From an uncultured Pseudomonadota bacterium (GTDB taxonomy: Bacteria > Oederibacteriota > Muellerivitia > Muellerivitales > Muellerivitaceae): a DNA stretch of 64,000 nucleotides. The notes below the pieces were generated by a model. That model saw only the letters and a list, made by a program, of their open reading frames with translations, was not told the origin of the DNA and ran no database searches. Positions 1 to 8,995 of this stretch are shown here, one piece after another (position 1 is the stretch's first letter; the number at the start of each line of letters is the position of its first letter). Location: contig CAWIIP010000002.1 of the NCBI GenBank assembly GCA_963836235.1, forward strand, positions 160,001 through 224,000. Reading direction: 5' to 3'. The translations under genes were made by a program, and so were the position numbers.

Positions 1-548
1 AGGTTGTTGGAGCGCCCGATCCAAAAGGTCCAAACCGAAAGGGTGAAAAGCATGGCGTAATAAATAAGGACGCTGTTCACAACGAGGGCGGCGAAAAGAA
101 CCGCTTCCCCTAAACTAACGGTCGCCCCCATTTTATGCAGCGCGAAAAGGATCACCCCAACACCAATCGAGCTATTGGCGATGGAAGAATAATCGGTATA
201 GCGCAACGACACCAGGAACTGGGTGTTGATAGGCTTGATCAGGTTGAAATCCAGGTCACCTTGGCGGATCTGGTCCGTCAGCCTTGTACAGTTATCGTAA
301 AAGAGCGCCTCGAAAAGTTGGGTGATGACGTGATTGGTGCCGGCCAAAACGACCATCTCCCATAAAGTCCAACCCGCGATTTCCTTCGTCTGCCCGAAAA
401 TGACCCCTATATAAACAAACTGCATCGCCAGCCACATGAATTCGGTGACAAGGCGGATCAGGAAATTGGACTTGAACTGCATTTCCCGGATCAGGCAGTT
501 TTTCATCATTAAGCCGGTCAGCCGCAGATATCTTCCCAATGGGTTCAT
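1..548 (-). CDS. ABC-2 family transporter permease (partial, runs off window)
   Basis: Manual translation from ATG at 548 (MNPLGRYLRLTGLMMKNCLIREMQFKSNF...); hydrophobic; in operon with the adjacent permease and ATPase. Confidence 0.8.
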   Translation of the reverse strand, partial: MNPLGRYLRLTGLMMKNCLIREMQFKSNFLIRLVTEFMWLAMQFVYIGVIFGQTKEIAGWTLWEMVVLAGTNHVITQLFEALFYDNCTRLTDQIRQGDLDFNLIKPINTQFLVSLRYTDYSSIANSSIGVGVILFALHKMGATVSLGEAVLFAALVVNSVLIYYAMLFTLSVWTFWIGRSNN

Positions 549-549
549 T

Positions 550-1404
550 TCATCCCCCCACCGCCGAATAGCGTTTTAGGCCCGTCTTCCACGTGGCCTG
601 ACTGATCAAGTAAAAAACGCCCACCCATAAAAATCCGATTCCCAGCACCTGGGGCAATTGGGCTTGGGATACCTTCCCCATCAAAATCATACAGGGCCAA
701 TAGCCCTCATAGCCAAAAGGGGAAAGGGATAAAAAGGGCTGCATGGCCGCGGGCAGGATGTTCAACGGAATCATTTGGCCCGAAAGGAAAAACTCGATCA
801 TCATCACCACGAAAAGGAAGGTCGATATTTCCAGAAACCAAAAAGCGAGGGTTCCAATGACGAAGCAAAAAAGCATCCCGATGGCAAAAGCGATGACCAA
901 TGAAACCACGAAGGCAGCCCATTCCCACAAGGTGGGGATATGGCTGAAAAAATGCCGCATCAGGAAAAAAATAGGCGGAAAGGTGAAAAGAGCCACGTAC
1001 CAGAAAACCAATTTATGGGCCAGGCGGTACATCACTTGATACCACAGGTAACTGATCGGCCGGATAAGGTAACGGTTGAGCAGACCGTCCTTGATATCCT
1101 TGGTGATGTCCGATGTGGTGCCGGGAACGCTGGAGAAGCCCCGGGCGATATACATCAACGCGTTATAGGTGACCATATCGGCATAGCTCATGCCCATAAT
1201 GTTAGGGGTGCCGCCTCCGGTCTTGCGGGATTGATAAACGGCGTACCAGAGAAAAATCAAGGTCACCAAGGGCAGGAAGCGGAAAACCGCCCCGAAGACA
1301 TAATTAGCCCGGTAGGACATATCCTCTTGGGTGCGGGTCGAAAGGATAACCCAGTATTTGTGAAGGGGGGACTTGGATAAGGTTGTCGAGGTTGGAATCG
1401 CCAT
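550..1404 (-). CDS. ABC-2 family transporter permease
   Basis: 284 aa multi-TM protein; DIKDGLLNRYLIRP motif typical of ABC2_membrane_6 proteins. Confidence 0.85.
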   Translation of the reverse strand: MAIPTSTTLSKSPLHKYWVILSTRTQEDMSYRANYVFGAVFRFLPLVTLIFLWYAVYQSRKTGGGTPNIMGMSYADMVTYNALMYIARGFSSVPGTTSDITKDIKDGLLNRYLIRPISYLWYQVMYRLAHKLVFWYVALFTFPPIFFLMRHFFSHIPTLWEWAAFVVSLVIAFAIGMLFCFVIGTLAFWFLEISTFLFVVMMIEFFLSGQMIPLNILPAAMQPFLSLSPFGYEGYWPCMILMGKVSQAQLPQVLGIGFLWVGVFYLISQATWKTGLKRYSAVGG

Positions 1405-2387
1405 TAGCTCTCAGATCCTTTAAAGACCTTCTCGATTACTTCCTCGATCGGCACTTCCTCAATATTGATATCATCTACGTCGAATTGGTTCAAAATCTCG
1501 TTGGAGGCGCTTTTCACCTTTTCCCTCGGTACCTTCAAAACCGATTTCGCCTTGGTATATTCCAGCACTTCCCCCAGGGCCGCCATCTGCTCCCGGCTCA
1601 CCCCCCCGTTTTTAAAAGAAACCGAAATCAACTTGGTTTGGGAGAATTTTTCCACCACATCGTCTAGTCGCCCGTCGAATATCTTTTTCCCATGATTGAT
1701 GACGACCACTCTTTCGCAAAGCGCCTGGATGTCGTTCATATAATGGCTCGTGAGGAGAATGGTTGTCTTGGTGCGACGGTTATAATCCTTGATGAATTCC
1801 CGGATGTTCTTTTGGGCCACAACATCCAATCCGATAGTAGGCTCGTCCAGAAACAAAACCCGGGGGCGGTGCAAAAGGGACGCGATCAGCTCGAATTTCA
1901 TGCGCTCTCCCAGAGAAAGTTCGCGCACCATGATCCCCAGGAGTTTTTTCACCTGCAAAAGCTCCGTCATTTCGTCCAAGACCTTTTGATAGGCCTCATC
2001 CTCCACCCCATAGATTTCTTTATTGAGGTAAAGGGATTCTTGGGCTGGCAGGTCCCACCAAAGCTGGTTTTTCTGGCCCATCACCAGCGCGAATTGGCGG
2101 CGATATTCATTTTTGCGTTCCCAGGGAGTGAATCCCATGACTTTCGCGGTTCCCGAAGTCGGAAAGAGAATTCCGGAGAGCATTTTTAAAGTGGTAGTCT
2201 TCCCCGCCCCATTAGGGCCCAGGAAGCCGACCAACTCTCCCTCTTCGATGTTAAAGGAAACTCCATCCACCGCTCGCACTTCGGTATATTCCCGATTAAA
2301 GAGGCCTTTAAAGGCCCCGCCCAAGCCTGGAAGGCGTTTTTGAGTGCGATAGATTTTGCTGAGGTTTTCCACTTCAATAATAGGCAT
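1404..2387 (-). CDS. ABC transporter ATP-binding protein
   Basis: Walker A GPNGAGKTT, signature LSLGERMK, Walker B LFLDEPT; likely start MPIIEV at 2387. Confidence 0.95.
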   Translation of the reverse strand: MPIIEVENLSKIYRTQKRLPGLGGAFKGLFNREYTEVRAVDGVSFNIEEGELVGFLGPNGAGKTTTLKMLSGILFPTSGTAKVMGFTPWERKNEYRRQFALVMGQKNQLWWDLPAQESLYLNKEIYGVEDEAYQKVLDEMTELLQVKKLLGIMVRELSLGERMKFELIASLLHRPRVLFLDEPTIGLDVVAQKNIREFIKDYNRRTKTTILLTSHYMNDIQALCERVVVINHGKKIFDGRLDDVVEKFSQTKLISVSFKNGGVSREQMAALGEVLEYTKAKSVLKVPREKVKSASNEILNQFDVDDINIEEVPIEEVIEKVFKGSES

Positions 2388-2508
2388 TGGGAGGCGTCCT
2401 CTTTCTTTTTGGTGAGTGGCGGTTATTATAGGAACCGCCATAAGCCTCAAACAAGGCAAGCCACAAAATATTTAGCCGTAAATCGAGGCGAATTTTAGTT
2501 GTAAGTCT

Positions 2509-2922
2509 TTAAGTGACGATTTGCCAATTCCCCACTTCCAGCTGGGACGGCAAGAAGTAGGCCTTCCCATCGGGTTGGGTCGTTTTGGTGTAGGTGACGC
2601 TGTTGGAGGGTGGGATCGCCTGGACCGACAAGCCCGTGACCGGAAAGGAATTAAGGACAGGGGTTGAGCCGGGCGTGGGGTAGGTGAGGTAATTATCGGT
2701 GACATAGACCTCAAGCGGCCCTGAGATTGGCAAGGGAGTTGGCGTGGCCTGGTTCAACGAGGGGGCGTCCGCCGCGGTGGGTACGTTTTTTTTACAGCCG
2801 TCGAGCAAAGCGAAGCCACAAGCGAGAGAAACGATTACCGACACGACCAGCATATTTTTCTTTTTCACACGAACCCCTATTGAATTACTAGACCTTGTTT
2901 TTCCTCTGATACCTTGCGTCAA
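2509..2922 (-). CDS. Putative lipoprotein, possibly 3'-truncated
   Basis: Signal peptide with LLDGC lipobox-like motif; ends abruptly at WQIVT. Confidence 0.5.
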   Translation of the reverse strand: MTQGIRGKTRSSNSIGVRVKKKNMLVVSVIVSLACGFALLDGCKKNVPTAADAPSLNQATPTPLPISGPLEVYVTDNYLTYPTPGSTPVLNSFPVTGLSVQAIPPSNSVTYTKTTQPDGKAYFLPSQLEVGNWQIVT

Positions 2923-3073
2923 GTTCCTGCTTTACGATTTCCGAAATAGTAAGCCGCCTGCCCCTCGAAGCTTCCTTGGAGATCTCCTCTTCCATCATTT
3001 CCTTGTGCATCGGCAGGACCATCGCGTGTAAACGAACGAGCTTGATCCTTTTGTTTTCCTTTGCTTGTTCCAT
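2888..3073 (-). CDS. Small ribbon-helix-helix-like DNA-binding protein
   Basis: 61 aa; beta-strand then two helices ending TISEIVKQELD, CopG/Arc-like pattern. Confidence 0.45.
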   Translation of the reverse strand: MEQAKENKRIKLVRLHAMVLPMHKEMMEEEISKEASRGRRLTISEIVKQELDARYQRKNKV

Positions 3074-3402
3074 GGAACCTCGCGGGATTACACATTAGAT
3101 GTGGTGATAGTGTGGTGAGCGTGTGCGAGGGTTTTAACATGAGAAAAAAATTATGCGAAAGGAAAAATGAAAATAATTCTCAAACCGAGAATGACGGACA
3201 GGCTTTGTGCGGATATCGTTTCGATGAGGAAAAGGGTATTAGTTGGACAGAAAAGTTGCGGAAAATAATTTAACCGCTCAATGAAGATAAATTCCTCCCG
3301 CCCGAATTCATTAGTGTTCAATGACTACAGACGGAGTAGGAACGATTTATTACAGAAAATTATTAAGGAAAAGTGAAAAACGTTATGAGGTGGTTGTTGA
3401 AG

Positions 3403-3717
3403 TCACTTGAGGTAGAAGCCGCGGTGGGTGAGAAAGTTGTCAACACGCTCCAAAACCAAAGTGACTGCTTCCCCGACCGCTGGTTCTCCGGTTTCTTTTA
3501 AAATGATCGAATTGATTAATTCAAGCAGATCTATTCGGACGGTTTTGTGCCGGGCGATTAGGTCTTCGTGGGAGAGAAGCACTTCTTCCATTGCAATTAA
3601 AGGGGGGTACACCTGGTCAAAAGTGGCCGTTGTCAGACGGGTGTCCAAGATGCGCCTTATTAAGGCCAAATTGTCCATGGAACACCTATGAGGTAAACGG
3701 TATATCCAAGAGGTCAA
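3403..3717 (-). CDS. Hypothetical protein
   Basis: ORF divergent from the recombinase; no recognisable motif. Confidence 0.4.
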   Translation of the reverse strand: MTSWIYRLPHRCSMDNLALIRRILDTRLTTATFDQVYPPLIAMEEVLLSHEDLIARHKTVRIDLLELINSIILKETGEPAVGEAVTLVLERVDNFLTHRGFYLK

Positions 3718-3826
3718 TTTGTCAATTTTAGGGGGTAATGGAATACTCAGGCGCTCCGGATCGCCAATAAGAGGGGCCGCTACGGCGAAGAATTAAGGTT
3801 CGTTTAGCCCCTCAAAGGGAGAGGCA

Positions 3827-4663
3827 ATGAAAACAAACCTTAAATTAAAACCGTCCATACAAGCCGTCCTTTATGTACGGGTATCTTCTAAAGAACAAGA
3901 AAAAGGGGGGTTTTCAATCCCCGCCCAATTGAGATTGCTTCGGCAGTACGGGGAAACCCAGGGGTTTACCATTGTTAAAGAATTCCGGGACGTGGAAACC
4001 GCCAAGCAATCCGGCCGGGAGGGGTTTGGGGAGATGGTTAATTTCCTTATCAAGAATACGAACTGCAAATATTTACTGGTCGAAAAGACCGACCGTCTTT
4101 ACCGAAATTTCAAGGATTACGTTTCATTAGAGGATATGGATGTGGAGATCCACCTGGTCAAGGAAGGGTCCATCGTTTCGAATAATTCCAAATCGGCGGA
4201 AAAGTTTATCCATGGGATAAAAGTCTTAATGGCAAAAAATTACATCGATAACCTCTCGGAGGAAACGCGAAAAGGGATGACTGAAAAGGCAGAACAAGGG
4301 ATTTGGCCCTCGTTAGCCCCGGTTGGTTACAAGAATGTTTTGGGAAAAGCCGGGAAAAGAACAATAAAACCTGACTCCCGGTCTGCTCCTCTTGTTATCC
4401 GCCTTTTCAAAACCTATTCATCGGGAAATTATTCCCTAGAAGGGATGGCACGAAAGTTTAAAGGAAAAGGTTTTGTTAGTGCTAAAAGGCCCTTGCACAG
4501 GAGTACCGTCCATAAAATTCTTTCGAACCAAATGTATTCAGGGCATTTCAATTGGAAGGGGAAACTTTACCAGGGGAAATATCCGCCCTTAATATCGGAA
4601 AAATTATGGGAAAAGGTACAAGGAAAATTGAGGACCAGGTGCACAACCAAATTGCAGGTTTAG
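3827..4663 (+). CDS. Serine recombinase (resolvase catalytic domain + Recombinase domain; lacks zinc ribbon/coiled coil)
   Basis: YVRVSS catalytic Ser motif, DRLYR, LSEETRKGM, APVGY, HKILSNQMYSG, YPPLISEKLWEKVQ; stops right after the recombinase domain; RBS GGGAGAGG. Confidence 0.93.
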   Translation: MKTNLKLKPSIQAVLYVRVSSKEQEKGGFSIPAQLRLLRQYGETQGFTIVKEFRDVETAKQSGREGFGEMVNFLIKNTNCKYLLVEKTDRLYRNFKDYVSLEDMDVEIHLVKEGSIVSNNSKSAEKFIHGIKVLMAKNYIDNLSEETRKGMTEKAEQGIWPSLAPVGYKNVLGKAGKRTIKPDSRSAPLVIRLFKTYSSGNYSLEGMARKFKGKGFVSAKRPLHRSTVHKILSNQMYSGHFNWKGKLYQGKYPPLISEKLWEKVQGKLRTRCTTKLQV

Positions 4664-4698
4664 GGCCTTCCACGACCCCAAAAAGGGTCAAGGGGGTC

Positions 4699-4724
4699 GT
4701 CCCCTAGGGGTCCCCATCGTGGAC
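4699..4724. repeat. Palindromic candidate recombination site 1 (GTCCCCTAGGGG-TC-CCCATCGTGGAC)
   Basis: 26-bp imperfect palindrome, one of three direct copies, 35 bp after the recombinase stop. Confidence 0.8.
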
Positions 4725-4735
4725 AAATACCTTTT

Positions 4736-5755
4736 TTAGTCGCCATTCACCTGTTGATAGCGCTTTGTTTTAAGATCAATGCCCCAACTATCTGTAACCC
4801 TTCCCGACCCAGCTCCGGGATTCTGTTCGATATCAATGTAGTAATAATCTTCTTTTATTTTTTTTGAAGTAACTGACTGAATAACATTCAACACATTTTC
4901 AGTTAATATCATTGCTTGGGTAGGCTTTCGGGTATCGATCAAATAGGTTTTGTCGTAAATCATCCAAAGAATTAAAGGGGTATCATTAATTTCCAAGTAG
5001 TAACCCGCCCCGGTAGAATTGTCATTATCCAAGCCTAAGCTTTTAAACCTTTTCTTTAAATCAATATTTTCATCGTCGTCGCCGTCAATATCGTAAACCT
5101 CGGCGAACCTTGAATCTGGAAAAATAATCTTCGCCTTAACGAGGTCTGATGAAAGCTTAACCAAATCTTCCTTGAACGTTATTACGGTTGTGGGTTCGAA
5201 ATCGGTTTCATCATTCAATCCCTTAACTTTCGATTCAGACTCAGTCGAAGCCTGATAAGAATTTTGAAATGCTTGCATCCTTAAAATATCCCTAAATTTC
5301 GGATCGCCTTTAACTTTTGCCTGTAGCGATGGGTCGAATTTCAATGCCAAAACCAACTCACGAATCGCCAAATTTGTGTTTTGTGATGAAAGCCCGTTTT
5401 TGAAAACCCAATAACTCAAAGCTAAATTGTAATGAGCCAGGGAGGATTGCGGATTTAACTTTATTGCTTTTTTATAAGTCTCTTCGGCTAACGCGGGTTG
5501 GTTGTTTCGATAATAGGCATATCCTAAATAGATGAATGCTTTTTCGTTCTTATCATTTAATTCAATTGCACTTTGATAAGTTTTGATCGCCCCTAAGTAA
5601 TTCTTTTCTGATATGTATTTTTTTCCAATAATTAAACATTTTTTATATTCATCGGAAACGCTTCCACTACTTTCCGCCGACAAAAGAGGACAAAGTGGAA
5701 TGAAGAGGCACAAAAATACAAATTGAATTTTAACGTAGTCTTTTTTTCGCGTCAT
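4736..5755 (-). CDS. Secreted TPR-repeat protein (cassette gene 1)
   Basis: Signal peptide, TPR motifs (AFIYLGYAYY, AHYNLALSY); AT-rich; start MTRKK at 5755. Confidence 0.8.
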   Translation of the reverse strand: MTRKKDYVKIQFVFLCLFIPLCPLLSAESSGSVSDEYKKCLIIGKKYISEKNYLGAIKTYQSAIELNDKNEKAFIYLGYAYYRNNQPALAEETYKKAIKLNPQSSLAHYNLALSYWVFKNGLSSQNTNLAIRELVLALKFDPSLQAKVKGDPKFRDILRMQAFQNSYQASTESESKVKGLNDETDFEPTTVITFKEDLVKLSSDLVKAKIIFPDSRFAEVYDIDGDDDENIDLKKRFKSLGLDNDNSTGAGYYLEINDTPLILWMIYDKTYLIDTRKPTQAMILTENVLNVIQSVTSKKIKEDYYYIDIEQNPGAGSGRVTDSWGIDLKTKRYQQVNGD

Positions 5756-5792
5756 AAAATCACTTTTCCTGTAAAACAGCAACCTCTGGGTT

Positions 5793-5818
5793 GTCCACGA
5801 CGGGTCCCCGTCGTGGAC
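5793..5818. repeat. Palindromic candidate recombination site 2 (GTCCACGACGGG-TC-CCCGTCGTGGAC)
   Basis: Perfect 12-bp inverted arms around TC, between the two cassette genes. Confidence 0.85.
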
Positions 5819-5830
5819 AGGTAGAATCAA

Positions 5831-7960
5831 TTATTTAAATGACCCCAGGATATAGGCTTTGAAAAAATCATAGGGGGGATTTCCCTCAGCCCCCGGTGTA
5901 TAGTTCCCGGCCGTGATGCCGCAAACCAGATCCAATTCCGGGACCACGAAAATAAATTGTCCCCCACGGCCGGAGGCATAGAAAACCTTGGTTTTCCTGC
6001 CCTTAAAAGGCATCTGTTCCTCCCACCAGAGGTAGCCGTAATCCCCGCCACCTTGGGTCGTTGCCTGGAGCTTGGTGGATTCTTCCACCCATTTTTCCGA
6101 AACCACTTGTTGGCCGTTCCATTTCCCTTTCTGAAAAAATAATTGGCCCAGCTTGGCCATGTCGCGCGGCTTCAGCCAAAGACTTCCGCCAACCTCGGTT
6201 ACCTGGTGGGGGCCGCTCTTTCCCCAACTATGTTCTTGGATACCAAGGGGATCAAAAAGGTATTTCTGGGCGAATGCCGGTATGGACATTCCACTTTTGC
6301 GGGCAATGATGGCACCCAGAGGTTCCATGCAGGAAGTGCAATAGCCCCAATGCTCCCCGGGGCGGTATTTCGAGGGGAGCGAGAAAACAAAGTCCAGCCA
6401 ATCGGATGTGCCCAACATCTCCCCCATGTAGTCCGATGTCCAACCATCGTTGATCCCGATAGTCATGCTCAGAAGGTGCTTGAGGAGGATCTTGTCTTTT
6501 TGGTCCGTCCAGTCCTTGGCACGGTATTCGGGGAAATAGTCGAAGAGCTTGTTATTCACGTTCACCCAGCCATGGTCCTGGGCGATCCCGAAGAGGATGG
6601 AAAGAACGGATTTGCTGGCAGATTGTAACTGGTGGGTGTCCCCGGGCTCTTCACCCATGAAATACTCGTCTAGGATCAATTTTCCATTTTTGACGACCGA
6701 CAAACCCTCGATGTTTGAAAGACGCCCGTTCAATATCTCATCGATGCCCCTAGCCACTACCTGGGGGTCCAAGGCGCTTTCCAAAAGGTTCCCCACCGGC
6801 CAGCCGTCGGCCAGGGTTTGGGGAAGCTGGTAGCTGTACTCCGTGACAGCCCCGCCGTCCGCGTCCACACGGGGCAGGAGGTAATCCAAGCCTCTTTTAA
6901 AACTGAGGGGGTGGCCGGCTTCATTCCATTGGCCATGGCCGGTCAAGGAATCACCGGCCTCGTTCAGGGTCACGCTCGCTTGGACGAGGCCATTCTCCAG
7001 CAATAAGGTCCGCCCCTTCCGAGTGACATTGAACCAATCGTTCATGCCGTTCCCAAACTGATCCAGGTCGTGGAAATAGGCCAGGTATTTCCCCTTTAGC
7101 TTTTTGATTCCCAGGCAGATCCGTTCGCGGCCGTCCAGCCCATCGACCCTCCCATACCAGTAACCCGTCAATTCCTGGGAAGCCTTCGGTTGTTCGGTTG
7201 GAAGAGTGGCGAAATCACGGTTGAAACTCAAATTGAAATCAAAATCCTTAGATTCCCCCGCCTTCCAAATCCAGGGCTTATCAAGGGATTCACCGTGGCT
7301 CAGGATCACCGAAAGGTTGCTATACCATTCCCATTGCCGGTAGTCCTGGAGGATCGCGGTGAGCCCTGTTCCGGCAAATCGGACCTTGAGCTCCCCATGA
7401 TGGATTGCGGGTCCAAGGGAAAGACCGTCCAGCCCTCCCGTTGCAATCAGGACATTGGAAGTTTTTTTCCATGGGATCTTCCCTTTGCTTTTTGAAAATC
7501 GATAGTCGGTTTCCGACCAGTCGGCGTAGGGAAAAGCAAGGTTTACCCGGGCGGCAATGACCGTGACCGGGCTCAAAGCGGTCATAACCGTATGGATATG
7601 GATTTCCGTTTTTTGGACATCCATGCTGGTCTTGATCCCAACCCTTTCCTTGTCCGTGATCTCGGTGGAACCGTCATAGCTACCTTCCGCATCCCCCGAT
7701 ACGAAGTAATGGTCCTTCCATCCCTCGGTGGAAACGATTGGGAGGACTATGAGCACCTGGCCCTGGGCATCGCCAATGCTGACCGCCCCGTTCCCGTAGG
7801 CCTGGACTTCCAAAGGTCCCAAGAACCGATTGTCCACGGGGGCAGTGGTGGCCGGTTCCGTGACAGGCGGAGGTGGGATCTCATCGTCATCCGCGTAAGC
7901 CCGTCCAACGGCAGTCAGGAGGGCGAGCCCGAGGAAAAACGAATAGATAAGTTTATTCAT
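5831..7960 (-). CDS. Secreted serine hydrolase, class C beta-lactamase-like family, with N-terminal extension (cassette gene 2)
   Basis: Signal peptide; SASK (SxxK), LLSMT, PGEHWGY, RDMAKLG, YGYLWW, GRGGQ motifs. Confidence 0.88.
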   Translation of the reverse strand: MNKLIYSFFLGLALLTAVGRAYADDDEIPPPPVTEPATTAPVDNRFLGPLEVQAYGNGAVSIGDAQGQVLIVLPIVSTEGWKDHYFVSGDAEGSYDGSTEITDKERVGIKTSMDVQKTEIHIHTVMTALSPVTVIAARVNLAFPYADWSETDYRFSKSKGKIPWKKTSNVLIATGGLDGLSLGPAIHHGELKVRFAGTGLTAILQDYRQWEWYSNLSVILSHGESLDKPWIWKAGESKDFDFNLSFNRDFATLPTEQPKASQELTGYWYGRVDGLDGRERICLGIKKLKGKYLAYFHDLDQFGNGMNDWFNVTRKGRTLLLENGLVQASVTLNEAGDSLTGHGQWNEAGHPLSFKRGLDYLLPRVDADGGAVTEYSYQLPQTLADGWPVGNLLESALDPQVVARGIDEILNGRLSNIEGLSVVKNGKLILDEYFMGEEPGDTHQLQSASKSVLSILFGIAQDHGWVNVNNKLFDYFPEYRAKDWTDQKDKILLKHLLSMTIGINDGWTSDYMGEMLGTSDWLDFVFSLPSKYRPGEHWGYCTSCMEPLGAIIARKSGMSIPAFAQKYLFDPLGIQEHSWGKSGPHQVTEVGGSLWLKPRDMAKLGQLFFQKGKWNGQQVVSEKWVEESTKLQATTQGGGDYGYLWWEEQMPFKGRKTKVFYASGRGGQFIFVVPELDLVCGITAGNYTPGAEGNPPYDFFKAYILGSFK

Positions 7961-8009
7961 TTTAGATTTATCAATTGATAGCTCATTCCAGTTTTAATGG
8001 CGTTACCTT

Positions 8010-8035
8010 GTCCATGACGGGTCCCCCAAGGGGAC
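8010..8035. repeat. Palindromic candidate recombination site 3 (GTCCATGACGGG-TC-CCCCAAGGGGAC)
   Basis: Third copy, 49 bp upstream of the hydrolase start codon. Confidence 0.8.
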
Positions 8036-8173
8036 AACCATTTTCCTCGTAATTTACTCGATTTTACACCTTTTGAAGCATATCGGGGTGTGGTTCTTGC
8101 GTTGATTACCCCTTGCCAAATCGAGGACTGGGTTCGCTGGGCGTTAAAATTTCTTTTTTCAAAACCGACCCCT

Positions 8174-8968
8174 TTAACCCTTTGGGCCGACCCATTTCTG
8201 AAACTTGTAACGAGAGTTTGAGGGATTCGAAGGTTCCCCCGTGCTAATCGGGACACGTTTGCAGCCCCTTTTGCGGAACTGTACCCCGACCGTATTTTCA
8301 TGCAAGTGGACACCCCATTTTTCCAGGATTAAATCCCTGACCTGCGTTAGGTTCCAATGGACGGCCTTAATGCCGAATTTTTCCGGGCTGAACTCCAACC
8401 AGCCAACCGTTTCCCGCCACTGTTCTTCCGTTAAGGGTGAAGTCTGCTCCGGGCGTTTCCTTTTCGCCATTTTCCTCCGGAAGGAAGGCGTTCTCCAAAG
8501 TTTTCGAAGCACCTTGCTGCGCCGCCGACGGAAGCTTTTCGTTCCACTAATTCGCCTGGACATTTCCGACATCTCGGCCTTGTAAGTAGGGTCCGACCAT
8601 CTGCCCCGCATATAGACCTGATGTTTCCCCCTCATTTCCCCGGACTTCCACGCCTTTTTCATTCCCTGGACAATTTTTTTCCTAAGCCGCGGGTTCTTCC
8701 ATAGCTTTTTTCCCCTTTTAGAGTTTTTCTTAATTTCATCGGGAGTATGTTTCCGACCGATATTATGGGTGTTTCCGATGTGGATTTTTGAAAGGATTTG
8801 TCTGGTTTCGGGGCTGATAATGGTGCGAATTTTAAAATCTTTTATGTATTCAGCCTGTGTGAGGGAATGTTTGAAAAAAAGATGGGTGTGGCTGATGCTC
8901 CTGAAGGATTTATGGCAGATTTTGCAGTCGATCAAGGGTATTCCAGTCAAGGTTAGATTCACGACCAA
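8174..8968 (-). CDS. Basic DNA-binding protein: C2H2-like zinc finger, NUMOD3-like repeats, IS630-type winged HTH
   Basis: CKIC..HTHLFFKH; GRKHTPDEIKKNS; repeated W-x-x-P basic units; HWNLTQVRDLILEKWGV. Confidence 0.6.
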   Translation of the reverse strand: MVVNLTLTGIPLIDCKICHKSFRSISHTHLFFKHSLTQAEYIKDFKIRTIISPETRQILSKIHIGNTHNIGRKHTPDEIKKNSKRGKKLWKNPRLRKKIVQGMKKAWKSGEMRGKHQVYMRGRWSDPTYKAEMSEMSRRISGTKSFRRRRSKVLRKLWRTPSFRRKMAKRKRPEQTSPLTEEQWRETVGWLEFSPEKFGIKAVHWNLTQVRDLILEKWGVHLHENTVGVQFRKRGCKRVPISTGEPSNPSNSRYKFQKWVGPKG

Positions 8969-8995
8969 CGATGTGGGCGAAGCATGGCGAATAAG

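Noticed and set aside
8055-8090. Pc-like promoter driving the cassettes (TAAAAT on the minus strand at 8061-8066)
   Set aside because: No convincing -35 at the correct spacing; cannot be supported without TSS data.
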